64,000 nt of DNA from Rickettsiales bacterium (GTDB lineage: Bacteria > Pseudomonadota > Alphaproteobacteria > Rickettsiales > JABIRX01), in assembly GCA_018659145.1 (NCBI GenBank), contig JABJNB010000005.1, positions 14,039 through 78,038 of the forward strand, read 5' to 3'. The translations under genes and the position numbers were made by a program. Every line of letters starts with the position of its first letter. Positions within the stretch are counted from its first letter, which is position 1. The notes under the pieces were generated by a model. That model was not told the DNA's origin. It saw nothing but the letters and a program-made list of their open reading frames with translations, and searched no databases. This document shows positions 1 through 9,766 of this stretch, one piece after another.

Positions 1-282
1 ACCAGTTGCATAACTATCTTTTACGATATCACAACCACCTACAAACTCACCTTTTATATATAATTGCGGAATTGTTGGCCATTCTGAATATTCTTTAATA
101 CCCTGCCTTAACTCTTCATCTTTTAATATATCAACATCTTTAAACTCCACGCCCAACTCTTGCAAAATCTTAACCACCGTCGATGAAAAACCGCACATAG
201 GAAAAGACGCTGAACCTTTCATAAATAAAACCACATCATTTGATTCTACCAATTCTTTAATTTTGTTATTAATATCTGTCAT
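1..282 (-). CDS. grxD: monothiol glutaredoxin (Grx4/GrxD family); C-terminal end runs off the window
   Basis: My own minus-strand translation from the ATG at 280-282 gives MTDINNKIKELVESNDVVLFMKGSASFPMCGFSSTVVKIL...WPTIPQLYIKGEFVGGCDIV. It has the CGFS active site and the WPTIPQLYIxGEFVGG signature. It is absent from the ORF track because there is no stop codon in the window. Confidence 0.85.
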   Translation of the reverse strand, partial: MTDINNKIKELVESNDVVLFMKGSASFPMCGFSSTVVKILQELGVEFKDVDILKDEELRQGIKEYSEWPTIPQLYIKGEFVGGCDIVKDSYATG

Positions 283-353
283 TTGTTACCCTAAAAAAAT
301 CCCCTATTTTGTACCGCAAGATAATAGTTTTGCAAGTGAGAATTCTAGTAATA

Positions 354-431
354 CCAAGTCCCATCTATAAATGGGAATTTAATTGAATATTTTATGAGTA
401 GAAATTTTGTACAAAAAATGAAGGACTAGCC
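354..431. repeat. family D repeat, partial copy in reverse orientation relative to 41056..41208
   Basis: The reverse complement (ggctagtccttcattttttgtacaaaat...attaaattcccatttatagatgggactt) aligns by eye with 41140..41208 (ggctaatccttcatttcttacacaaaat...attaaattacgatttataaatgagactt). Confidence 0.55.
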
Positions 432-517
432 TAACAGACTGTTAATAAAAAAACATATCGCTTTAATATTTCCTCTCCTTATAAACTCCTTAGAAATTAA
501 TTAATAAAAGACCCAAA

Positions 518-1474
518 ATGTCCAAAATCGTAATTCTAGATATTGCAACCGTAACCAAAGGTGATTTAGCTTTTGATGCAATTAGTAACCTAGCTCCAAC
601 TTCAACTTATGAAATAACAAAGCCCGAAGAAGTGATAGAGAGAGTAAAAGATAGTGAAATTATTATTACCAATAAAGTTGCCTTTCCTAAAGACGTTATT
701 GAGCAACTGCCAAACCTAAAATTAATTGCCATCTTTGCCACGGGATATGATTCGATTGATATTGAAGCTTGCCGCAAGCATAATATTTCCGTAGTCAATG
801 TTGCAGATTATTCTAGCTACTCTGTGGTTCAAACAATTTTTGCACATTTACTAAACCTAACCCAGAAAATAAACCAACATGATGAATTTGTTCATAATGG
901 CGATTGGGCAAAATCAGAAATATTTAGCTGCTGGCAAGGTAAATTACATGAATTAGCCGGACAAACATTTGGCATTATTGGATTTGGCAATATTGGGCGC
1001 AAATTAGCAATTTTAGCAGAAGCGCTTGCTATGAAAGTTATTATCCATACAGCCCATCCTGAAAAATATACTGACTATGACTTTAATTTTGTACAAATGG
1101 ATGAGCTATTATCAAATTCAGATATCATCTCACTTAACCTGCCAGCTACAACCGATAATGAAGGGTTTATTAATAAAAGCTCTTTAGCAAAAATGAAAAA
1201 ATCCGCTATTCTCATTAATTGCTCACGTGGTAAATTAATCAATGAAGTGGATTTAGCTGATAGTCTAAATAATGAGCAAATTGCCTATGCTTGCTTAGAT
1301 GTCCTAGCAACAGAACCGCCAAAAGCAGACAACCCTTTGCTCAGCGCTAAAAACTGCCAAATCACCCCTCATATTGCCTGGGCAACAATTGAGGCGCGGG
1401 CAAGAATAATCAAAGAGACAGCTTTAAATATCGAAGCTTTTTTAAATGGAGAAAAACGTAATAACATCACTTAA
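518..1474 (+). CDS. D-isomer-specific 2-hydroxyacid dehydrogenase (glycerate/hydroxypyruvate reductase-like)
   Basis: 318 aa. NAD-binding motif GIIGFGNIGRKLA, plus family motifs NCSRGKLI, LDVLATEPP and TPHIAWAT. Confidence 0.8.
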   Translation: MSKIVILDIATVTKGDLAFDAISNLAPTSTYEITKPEEVIERVKDSEIIITNKVAFPKDVIEQLPNLKLIAIFATGYDSIDIEACRKHNISVVNVADYSSYSVVQTIFAHLLNLTQKINQHDEFVHNGDWAKSEIFSCWQGKLHELAGQTFGIIGFGNIGRKLAILAEALAMKVIIHTAHPEKYTDYDFNFVQMDELLSNSDIISLNLPATTDNEGFINKSSLAKMKKSAILINCSRGKLINEVDLADSLNNEQIAYACLDVLATEPPKADNPLLSAKNCQITPHIAWATIEARARIIKETALNIEAFLNGEKRNNIT

Positions 1475-1482
1475 ATAATTAC

Positions 1483-1556
1483 GTAGGGGCGGGGCCTTCC
1501 CGGATAAAAGAATGATTTATATTTGTTGGGATATGGGCCGAGGAGCAAGCCCCTAC
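1483..1556. repeat. family A GC-rich palindromic element (RPE-like), copy A1
   Basis: The sequence is gtaggggcggggccttccc...gagcaagcccctac, with inverted termini GTAGGGGC/GCCCCTAC. It is 74 bp and markedly GC-rich against an AT-rich background. It sits exactly between two convergent stop codons (1474 and 1560). Confidence 0.75.
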
Positions 1557-1559
1557 AGG

Positions 1560-2297
1560 TTATTCAATAGAATTTCTTGCCATCTCTAAGCTTGCTTCCG
1601 TGTCAACATTGATTGGTCTTTGGTCCTGATCAATCAAACAAGCAAATATACGCATATTATTTTCCAAAGCTCGTAATTGCTCTAACTTCTCGGATAACTC
1701 TCTAGGTGACTGATAAAGTTTTACAAATTTCTCTAATGCCCGCTTTCGATAAACATAAATGCCAATGTGCTCGTAATAAGCACCATCCTTATCTTGCGGT
1801 TTACCACGCGTAAAGTCTGAACATTCTGCAACATCTCTACCATCTTCAAACCCTGTTATGGCTTTTACAACATTTGGATCCTCTGCTTTTGCGCTATCTG
1901 TGAACTCTATAACAGCAGTTGCAATATCACATTCTGCCTCTTGTTCTAACACGTTAATTGCTTGCTCAATAACAGCTGGATCAATATTTGGAACATCACC
2001 TTGAAGATTAACAATATATTCAATATCACGGGTTAAACGCAATTGGCTAAAAGCTGAATAAATTCGATCCGTGCCAGATGGGAGTTCTGGATCCGTCATA
2101 ACATATCTACCGCCAAACTTACGCACCTCACTCGCTATTTGAGGGTCCCCACAAGCAACATAAACATTACTGCCCTTAACTTTCTCTGCTTGCTCGAAAA
2201 CTCGCCTTATCATTGTCTTGCCTTTAATATCAGCTAAGATTTTCTTGGGCAGCCTAGTTGAATCTAACCTTGCTGGAATTATTATTAACGCGCTCAT
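1560..2297 (-). CDS. kdsB: 3-deoxy-manno-octulosonate cytidylyltransferase (CMP-KDO synthetase)
   Basis: 245 aa. N-terminus IIIPARLDSTRLPKKILADIKGKTMI, plus NLQGDVP and EQLRALENN motifs typical of KdsB. Confidence 0.85.
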   Translation of the reverse strand: MSALIIIPARLDSTRLPKKILADIKGKTMIRRVFEQAEKVKGSNVYVACGDPQIASEVRKFGGRYVMTDPELPSGTDRIYSAFSQLRLTRDIEYIVNLQGDVPNIDPAVIEQAINVLEQEAECDIATAVIEFTDSAKAEDPNVVKAITGFEDGRDVAECSDFTRGKPQDKDGAYYEHIGIYVYRKRALEKFVKLYQSPRELSEKLEQLRALENNMRIFACLIDQDQRPINVDTEASLEMARNSIE

Positions 2298-2367
2298 CTA
2301 TTTTTTAATGTTAATTTTTAATTTATATAGTAAATAGCCATGTATAATCTGATTTGAATTTTATTCA

Positions 2368-3684
2368 ATGCTGAGCAGTAAATTATTTCTTATCAAAAAT
2401 GAATTTATCAAATTAAATAGCGAAACACTCTTACTTGGAGTCTTTGCTAATATAAAGGATTTGCTCATAAGTTGTGTCCCTACGGCAAATTTCTGGCTAA
2501 ATAGCTTAGCTAGCAATATTTCAATAGTTGCGATAGATAAATTCACATTAGTCATTTTTGCCTATTTCTCCACCCTCTATACCACAAGCTTTGCTTTTGC
2601 AAAATTACATTACCTAGAGCACGAAGTAGCAATAGATAATCTAATCAGCAAATCACTCTACTTACTTACCTCTGATCCTGTTCTAGCAAATTCAAACATC
2701 GTTTTGATAATTGTAAAACTAGGTCTGCTGGGCATCATCATCAATCTCATCATTGCCATAATCTTTCGAAAGAGAATGCGCAGAAGAAATACTTCGAAAT
2801 TCTACGAACAATTTGAAGATGGAGATGTATTTAACGAGAATTATGACCGCTATACAAGATCATCCATGGATATGAATCCAGATAGTGATTATGTAGAATA
2901 TAAGCATAATTATAATAATTATAAAATTTCTAAGTTATCCCAAATTTTTCTTTACCTACATAATATCAGAAGCTTAAATCTAGTTGATATTAACGCTCTA
3001 TTATTAGACCCTGCTTTATTATCATCGCAATTAGGCATCAGAAATTTACCGCGCCTTGAGCTTCAAGACCAAATGTTAAAACATCTAGACATAATGACTA
3101 AGAATAAGCCCCTAGATAAGAACATGCGTAACCTAAGTGAACATCTAATTCTAAATAGCAAAAGCCACCCTCTGCAAGACTCCCTCTTAACCGCAAAACT
3201 TCTAGATGGCATGGTTAAGGCCTTTCCAGAATTTAAACAATTTATTAACCAAGCTAACATTACTATTAAAGACTTAGTCTCTCTAGGTAATAATTTTAAT
3301 AATTTTGTTTCAGGCGAAATAAAAAATATGAAAACTAGCTTCGAGGATCTTGGCAATATGCTTAATAATTCTATGCAGCAAGCTTCTCGCTCAGACCCAT
3401 TAAAACAAATGATGACAGATGCTAAGTCCTTTGTCACAAAACTAACCAAAATGTATGATTCCTTTAGTGAAAAAGAGGTTGTTACAAAGGGGCAAAAAGA
3501 TGAAGCTAGTAGCGTATATTCTACCATCCCAGAAAAATTTAATGATACACTCGCATCTATGAGCAAGCAAACATTAGAATCTATAAAATGTGTTAATGAC
3601 TTTACAGCTGAGGTTAAATCTGAGCTAAAAGATAATTTCAAAGCCCAGGATCAAAAAGATTTGGATCTACCAAAACAAAGATAA
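2368..3684 (+). CDS. hypothetical membrane-anchored protein with a long hydrophilic helical C-terminal region
   Basis: 438-aa ORF with K/N/D/E-rich composition like neighbouring genes. It has a hydrophobic segment IVLIIVKLGLLGIIINLIIAIIF followed by RKRMRRR, then about 300 polar residues. I recognise no family motifs and the true start is uncertain. Confidence 0.4.
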   Translation: MLSSKLFLIKNEFIKLNSETLLLGVFANIKDLLISCVPTANFWLNSLASNISIVAIDKFTLVIFAYFSTLYTTSFAFAKLHYLEHEVAIDNLISKSLYLLTSDPVLANSNIVLIIVKLGLLGIIINLIIAIIFRKRMRRRNTSKFYEQFEDGDVFNENYDRYTRSSMDMNPDSDYVEYKHNYNNYKISKLSQIFLYLHNIRSLNLVDINALLLDPALLSSQLGIRNLPRLELQDQMLKHLDIMTKNKPLDKNMRNLSEHLILNSKSHPLQDSLLTAKLLDGMVKAFPEFKQFINQANITIKDLVSLGNNFNNFVSGEIKNMKTSFEDLGNMLNNSMQQASRSDPLKQMMTDAKSFVTKLTKMYDSFSEKEVVTKGQKDEASSVYSTIPEKFNDTLASMSKQTLESIKCVNDFTAEVKSELKDNFKAQDQKDLDLPKQR

Positions 3685-3730
3685 ATTAGTATTCCCTGCT
3701 TAACTATTAAATCACTTCTTACCTTTGACT

Positions 3731-3761
3731 ATAAAATCATTTGTGCAAAGAATGATTTTAT
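3731..3761. promoter_or_regulatory. 31-bp palindrome upstream of frmA (candidate operator, or terminator of the upstream gene)
   Basis: The sequence ataaaatcatt-tgtgcaaag-aatgattttat has perfect 11-bp inverted arms. It ends 5 nt before the AAGGAG Shine-Dalgarno (3767-3772) and 20 nt before the frmA ATG (3781). Confidence 0.4.
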
Positions 3762-3768
3762 GAATTAA

Positions 3769-4890
<1,122 letters not shown>

Positions 4891-4904
4891 AAGCTTCAGG
4901 ATAT

Positions 4905-5732
4905 ATGAAATTACTTAAGGAACATAAATCATTTGCCGGCAAAACTAGCTTCTGGTCTCATCCATCAGATGCTACAAATACTACAATGAAATTTGCTACA
5001 TTTGTGCCAAAATCAAATGTTATCGATGGTTGTATTATTTGGCTCTCAGGCCTGACTTGTACGCATGAGAATTTTATTACAAAATCTGGGATTCAGCAAG
5101 TATTACAAGATTCAAATATCATGGTTATTTGCCCTGACACCTCTCCACGCGGACTTGATTTACCAGACGAGCATAAGGCTTATGATTTTGGTTCTGGGGC
5201 CGGATTTTATGTAAATGCAACAACACAGCACTACGATAAACATTACAAGATGTTTGATTATATTGCCGTGGAATTATACCAACTTATTCTAGCTCAATTT
5301 TCTACTGATAATATTTCAATAATGGGGCATTCAATGGGTGGTCATGGAGCACTTATACTCGGACTTAACTTTCCAGAAAAATTTAAATCTATCTCAGCCT
5401 TCTCACCAATTGTAAACCCTATCAATTGCCCCTGGGGACAGAAAGCCCTATCTTACTACCTAGGTAGCAAGACTTCATCATGGTTACAATATGATGCTGT
5501 TGAATTAATCAAGATGGGTAAGCACCACCCAAAGACTATTCTAATCGACCAGGGTAGTGATGATGAGTTTTTGAAATCTCAATTACTAACACAAAATTTC
5601 ATCGATATATGCGCGCAAAATAACCAGAAACTAGTTGTTAATTTTAGAGATGGTTATGATCACAGCTATTATTTTATTAGCAGCTTTATTAAAACACATG
5701 TACAATTTCATCTAGATCTTATGACAGATTAG
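4905..5732 (+). CDS. frmB: S-formylglutathione hydrolase (esterase D family)
   Basis: 275 aa. Nucleophile elbow GHSMGGHGAL, plus LSGLTCT and DQGSDDEFL motifs. It lies immediately downstream of frmA. Confidence 0.85.
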   Translation: MKLLKEHKSFAGKTSFWSHPSDATNTTMKFATFVPKSNVIDGCIIWLSGLTCTHENFITKSGIQQVLQDSNIMVICPDTSPRGLDLPDEHKAYDFGSGAGFYVNATTQHYDKHYKMFDYIAVELYQLILAQFSTDNISIMGHSMGGHGALILGLNFPEKFKSISAFSPIVNPINCPWGQKALSYYLGSKTSSWLQYDAVELIKMGKHHPKTILIDQGSDDEFLKSQLLTQNFIDICAQNNQKLVVNFRDGYDHSYYFISSFIKTHVQFHLDLMTD

Positions 5733-5909
5733 CTTACACTCAAAGCATCAAGAATACTTTTTGTTACCAGCATCACAAAAACTTTTTCAGCCCCCTTTAA
5801 AAAGGGACCCTTCAGAAAAATGTGTCTATAATTGCTCGATAATAATTAAACAAAAAAAGTTGCGCTATATATTAGATACCTTATCGTGACCTTCCGCGAA
5901 TTTTATTCG

Positions 5910-5985
5910 GGGCGGTTAGCTCAGTTGGTAGAGCAGTTGACTCTTAATCAATTTGTCCGGGGTTCGACTCCCCGACCGCCCACCA
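5910..5985 (+). tRNA. tRNA-Lys (anticodon CTT), CCA encoded
   Basis: Manual cloverleaf. Acceptor stem gggcggt/accgccc, D arm gctc-agttggta-gagc, anticodon stem gttga/tcaat with loop ctCTTaa, T arm cgggg-ttcgact-ccccg, then discriminator a and cca. Confidence 0.85.
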
Positions 5986-6038
5986 TTGGCTTTTGTTAAT
6001 TCTCCTCTTCGAAAAATTTAATTGATATTAAAATCCTC

Positions 6039-6114
6039 ATAGGGGCGCTGTCCTCCCACCCTTGCTAGATTAAACTCGATACTTCTTGGGCAAGAAAAAC
6101 CCGGGGAACTCTAT
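6039..6114. repeat. family A palindromic element, degenerate copy A2
   Basis: The sequence is ataggggcgctgtcctcccaccc...cccggggaactctat. The 5' half matches the A consensus (aggggcg..gt.ctccc.ccc); the 3' terminus is eroded. Confidence 0.5.
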
Positions 6115-6119
6115 GACAA

Positions 6120-6752
6120 TTACTTGCTTGCCGCTTTCTCAGCCTTAGCTTGGCGCCTTGTTATACGTTTTACTAAGATATATGAGAGCAGTAATATAGC
6201 TACGTTCAAAATAGCAAATAGTGATAATTTATGAGCTACAACATTGTCATAGGCCATTAGATTACCGAAAGAAAATCCAAGTAAAGATAAGATAGATACC
6301 CAAATTAAAGCACCCAGACTCGTGTATAATGAGAACTTAACTATATCAATACCAACTATACCCGCTGGAAGAGAGATATACTGCCTTACACCTGGTAGCA
6401 AGCGACCAATAAAAGTGCTAAACAAGCCATGATCTGCAAAAAACTTCATAACTTTATCTAAACTAGCTTTTTTAATGCCAATATATTTACCATATTTAGC
6501 GAGTAATTTTAAGCCATATTTTTTAGCAAAATAATAATTAAAAAGAGCACCAACCAAACTACCTAAAACACCGGCAAAAATAACTCCATAAATATTATAA
6601 CGCCCTAGCGAAGCTAAAAAACCCGCTGGGATCATAACGATTTCACTTGGAAAGGGAAAAAAACTACTTTCCAAAGCCATTAATAAAAAGATTCCTAAGT
6701 AACCTATAGAATCTATGATTTCGTTAATAAAACTAAATATTTCTGTAAACAC
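6120..6752 (-). CDS. DedA family inner-membrane protein
   Basis: 210 aa, polytopic. It carries the DedA signature region LESSFFPFPSEIVMIPAGF and GRLLPGVRQYISLPAG. Confidence 0.75.
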   Translation of the reverse strand: MFTEIFSFINEIIDSIGYLGIFLLMALESSFFPFPSEIVMIPAGFLASLGRYNIYGVIFAGVLGSLVGALFNYYFAKKYGLKLLAKYGKYIGIKKASLDKVMKFFADHGLFSTFIGRLLPGVRQYISLPAGIVGIDIVKFSLYTSLGALIWVSILSLLGFSFGNLMAYDNVVAHKLSLFAILNVAILLLSYILVKRITRRQAKAEKAASK

Positions 6753-6754
6753 GA

Positions 6755-7753
6755 TTATCTAAAATTTTTTAATTGATTAAACTTCTGCATTGCCTTACCT
6801 GCATTAATTAAATCTCTAGCATACAGAATTGCCTCCTGCAAGCAAGTTTTTGCACCTACTAAATAAATAGCAAAAGCGCTGTTCAAAACTACATTATCTG
6901 CAAAGGCCGATTGCTCACCTTCTAACAGACTCACAATACGCTTTGCGTTATAATTAGAGTCTCCACCAACCAACTCATCGCTATTACAAAACTCTAAACC
7001 AAACTCTTTTGGATCAAAATCCCAAAACTTAATCTCTCCATCATTGAGTTCACAAATCTTCGTAACTCCTACAGTGGTGACTTCATCTGCACCATTAGCC
7101 CCATGCACAACGATAACTCTCTCACTACCATTATCACGCATTACCTCGCATATTGTCTCGGCTAAACTAAAGTCATAAACACCTATTAACTGACGCTTAA
7201 CACTAGCTGGATTTAATAATGGTCCCAGAATATTAAAAATTGTTCTTTGTCCGATTTTATTCCTAATCTCAGCAACATTTTTTAAAATGGGGTGATAAAG
7301 GGGCGCAAATAGAAATGCAATACCAATCTCAGATAAGCACGCTGCAGAACGTGACCTATCCAGCATAATATCCACACCCAAAGATGTTAATACATCTGAT
7401 GACCCAGACTTTGAAGACACACCTCTATTACCATGTTTGGCAACTTGAATACCAGCACTTGCAACAATAAATGCTGAACAAGTCGAAATATTTAAATAAT
7501 TTAAATTATCACCACCAGTACCGCATAAATCAATAGCATCTTCAAAACCCGTAATCTTATGGGAGCCAGCAAAAATAATATCACGCAAGATCTTAATTTC
7601 ATGATAAATATCAGCCTTATCATTTAGAGCTAATAAAAAAGCAATCACATCTGCCTCAGCATAACCATTACTAATAATGTTAGTAAATATCTTGATTAAT
7701 TCTGATTCGGATAATAACTCACCATTTTGTAATTTTGCTATATAAGTTTTCAT
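6755..7753 (-). CDS. trpD: anthranilate phosphoribosyltransferase-type protein (glycosyl transferase family 3)
   Basis: 332 aa. It has the canonical TrpD blocks DLCGTGGDNLNYLNISTCSAF, VAKHGNRGVSSKSGSSDVL and RTIFNILGPLLNPA. No other trp genes are in the window. Confidence 0.8.
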   Translation of the reverse strand: MKTYIAKLQNGELLSESELIKIFTNIISNGYAEADVIAFLLALNDKADIYHEIKILRDIIFAGSHKITGFEDAIDLCGTGGDNLNYLNISTCSAFIVASAGIQVAKHGNRGVSSKSGSSDVLTSLGVDIMLDRSRSAACLSEIGIAFLFAPLYHPILKNVAEIRNKIGQRTIFNILGPLLNPASVKRQLIGVYDFSLAETICEVMRDNGSERVIVVHGANGADEVTTVGVTKICELNDGEIKFWDFDPKEFGLEFCNSDELVGGDSNYNAKRIVSLLEGEQSAFADNVVLNSAFAIYLVGAKTCLQEAILYARDLINAGKAMQKFNQLKNFR

Positions 7754-8484
7754 GCTTTATCAATTGCAGTTAAGAATGCCTGCTCCAAAGTTTTAGCTTT
7801 ATACCTATCTTTAAACTCAGCTGGCTTACCTAGAAAAATAACTTCCGCCCCATGAATTACAGCAATCTTATCAGAAATCTCATCAATATCTGATAAAATA
7901 TGCGAGCTAAAAAATATAGTCTTTTGCTCTTTGCTATACTCACTCAGCAACTCTTTTAATCTAATTCTAACATGCGGATCTAATCCACTCATAGGCTCAT
8001 CTAATATTAATAATGGTGCCTCAGATAAAAACACCGAGATCAAGCCTAATTTCTGCCCCATACCTTTAGAATATTTTGCTATTTTTTGATCAAGGGATGC
8101 AATATCAAGATCAAGTTTTTGAGCAATTAATTTGGCCTTATCTGAATCATATTTCTTGTTAAACTGCTCTGATGATAAAGCTAGAAACTCATGTCCTTTT
8201 AAAAATTGCGAAGGGTAAAACTTCTCCGGCAGATATGATAGGTTCGCCCTAGAGTTATTATCAGACGAAGATTTATCATAAATTCTCACCTCTCCACTAT
8301 CTGGAGTTAATAAATCTAAAATTATTTTGAGGAGCGTAGTTTTTCCAATACCATTAACCCCTACTAATCCAAAAATATCACCTTTCTCAATAGTAAAATT
8401 AATATCCTTGAGTACTTCCCTACCCCCAAAGAATTTATTTAAGCCAACTATTTCAATCGCATTTATCCCTTGTTTCATTATCAC
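7750..8484 (-). CDS. ABC transporter ATP-binding protein (no permease adjacent)
   Basis: 244 aa. Walker A GVNGIGKTTLL, signature-like YSKGMGQKLGL, Walker B LLILDEP, H-loop SSHIL. It overlaps both neighbours by 4 nt. Confidence 0.8.
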   Translation of the reverse strand: MIMKQGINAIEIVGLNKFFGGREVLKDINFTIEKGDIFGLVGVNGIGKTTLLKIILDLLTPDSGEVRIYDKSSSDNNSRANLSYLPEKFYPSQFLKGHEFLALSSEQFNKKYDSDKAKLIAQKLDLDIASLDQKIAKYSKGMGQKLGLISVFLSEAPLLILDEPMSGLDPHVRIRLKELLSEYSKEQKTIFFSSHILSDIDEISDKIAVIHGAEVIFLGKPAEFKDRYKAKTLEQAFLTAIDKA

Positions 8485-9155
8485 CTTCCTTCTGTAATTG
8501 TTAGATTTTTACTAAGCAAAAATTTCTGATTTGTCTCCAGATAAAAACTAACATTAGCAATATTGTCAACTATCCGAATTATCATACCCCTCGGTAGGTC
8601 GGGATTATCCGCCGCCTTCTTTAAAATATATACAAATTTAGTATAACCAGTAACCCACTTAATCGCAACTCTGTTTCTAGTTACTTTCTCAATCTGAAAT
8701 TCCTCAGCCCCTCGGTTATCTTGGTTATATTTTTTACCATTTACCCAAACAATCCAACTGTCTGGCCCACTATAGAGAATTGAATTTAAATAAAACCTTA
8801 TTGAATTATTGGATATAGCTTCCTTAACCTCCTCTTTCTCCTTCTCCCTCTCTTTCTCTGGCTCATCTTTTTCAAATAAATCCTCTTGATCAATAGCCTC
8901 ACCTAATAATAAAGCAGATAGGATTTTATCTAATTGGCTTATCTGTTTCTTAGAATACAGGATACTATTTCCTTTTGAGATATCTTTAATGTGGTAATCA
9001 TAAACTGCAGAGCTCATAAAGTTATATTTTTTCTCACTTTCAACAATCGTAGATTCAGCATCAGGGTCTATTTGAGCAATATCATTGGAAACCTCTCCAG
9101 CATATAAACTATGACACAAAAATATTAATGTAAGACCAATGATTTTTATCATCAC
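8481..9155 (-). CDS. secreted PilP/GspC-HR-like pilus assembly protein (tentative)
   Basis: 224 aa. It has a signal peptide MMIKIIGLTLIFLCHSLYAG, an acidic EKEREKEKEE linker, and a C-terminal beta-rich block LNSILYSGPDSWIVWVNGKKY...FQIEKVTRNRVAIKW. That block resembles the PilP/GspC homology region. The call rests on this pattern and on position. Confidence 0.35.
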   Translation of the reverse strand: MMIKIIGLTLIFLCHSLYAGEVSNDIAQIDPDAESTIVESEKKYNFMSSAVYDYHIKDISKGNSILYSKKQISQLDKILSALLLGEAIDQEDLFEKDEPEKEREKEKEEVKEAISNNSIRFYLNSILYSGPDSWIVWVNGKKYNQDNRGAEEFQIEKVTRNRVAIKWVTGYTKFVYILKKAADNPDLPRGMIIRIVDNIANVSFYLETNQKFLLSKNLTITEGR

Positions 9156-9766
9156 AAACTCTTAAGATCGTTCCATCTGATATCAATTTCAGATAAGACG
9201 GGTGAAAATTTAGGATCTCGTGCAATTCGATATAAATTTGAATCATTTAAATCATGAGATTTCTTAATACTAAACTTTATCACTTGTGGATAACCTGGCA
9301 GCATAACTAAAATATCATACAAAAAATAAAATACTTGTATGTCAGTATATGACCTGATTTTGATTTTTAAAATTGTTGATTCTACACCAACCTTAACCCC
9401 CTTATACTTACCTTGTAATATTTCTGGTTTGGATAATTTAATATCTAGCTGGTTTAAATTATGCTTCTTTTTAACTCTATCAATAATTTCTTTAGCATCA
9501 CCCAGTTTTAAACCATTAAACTCTTTAACCTCATCTGTGATATATTCCCAAGTAGCTAAAGCTTCAGATATATCTTCAGTTTTGGTATTAAAATGATAAA
9601 TCTTAGCTTTAATTTGTTTGAGCTCGGATATCTCTTTTGTCTCACGCCGATCTAACTTTTTTAAATCATCGTATTTTTTATCACTAAAAATATAAGAACC
9701 GCTTATCATCACAAGGATTATAACAATTTTAGCAAATAATATAGCTTTTAACTTTTTTATAACCAT
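9152..9766 (-). CDS. bitopic PilO/GspM-like assembly protein (tentative)
   Basis: 204 aa. It has an N-terminal TM segment FAKIVIILVMISGSYIF, then a coiled-coil-like KKLDRRETKEISELKQIKAKI and a periplasmic domain. The call is based on architecture and position only. Confidence 0.35.
   Translation of the reverse strand: MVIKKLKAILFAKIVIILVMISGSYIFSDKKYDDLKKLDRRETKEISELKQIKAKIYHFNTKTEDISEALATWEYITDEVKEFNGLKLGDAKEIIDRVKKKHNLNQLDIKLSKPEILQGKYKGVKVGVESTILKIKIRSYTDIQVFYFLYDILVMLPGYPQVIKFSIKKSHDLNDSNLYRIARDPKFSPVLSEIDIRWNDLKSL

Noticed and set aside
3063-3641. 192-aa antisense ORF inside the 2368..3684 gene; strikingly long for an AT-rich genome
   Set aside because: Its translation is S/L/C/F-rich junk typical of the reverse strand of K/N/E/D-rich genes. 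It has no motifs and no start context. The plus-strand frame has the same composition as neighbouring real genes.
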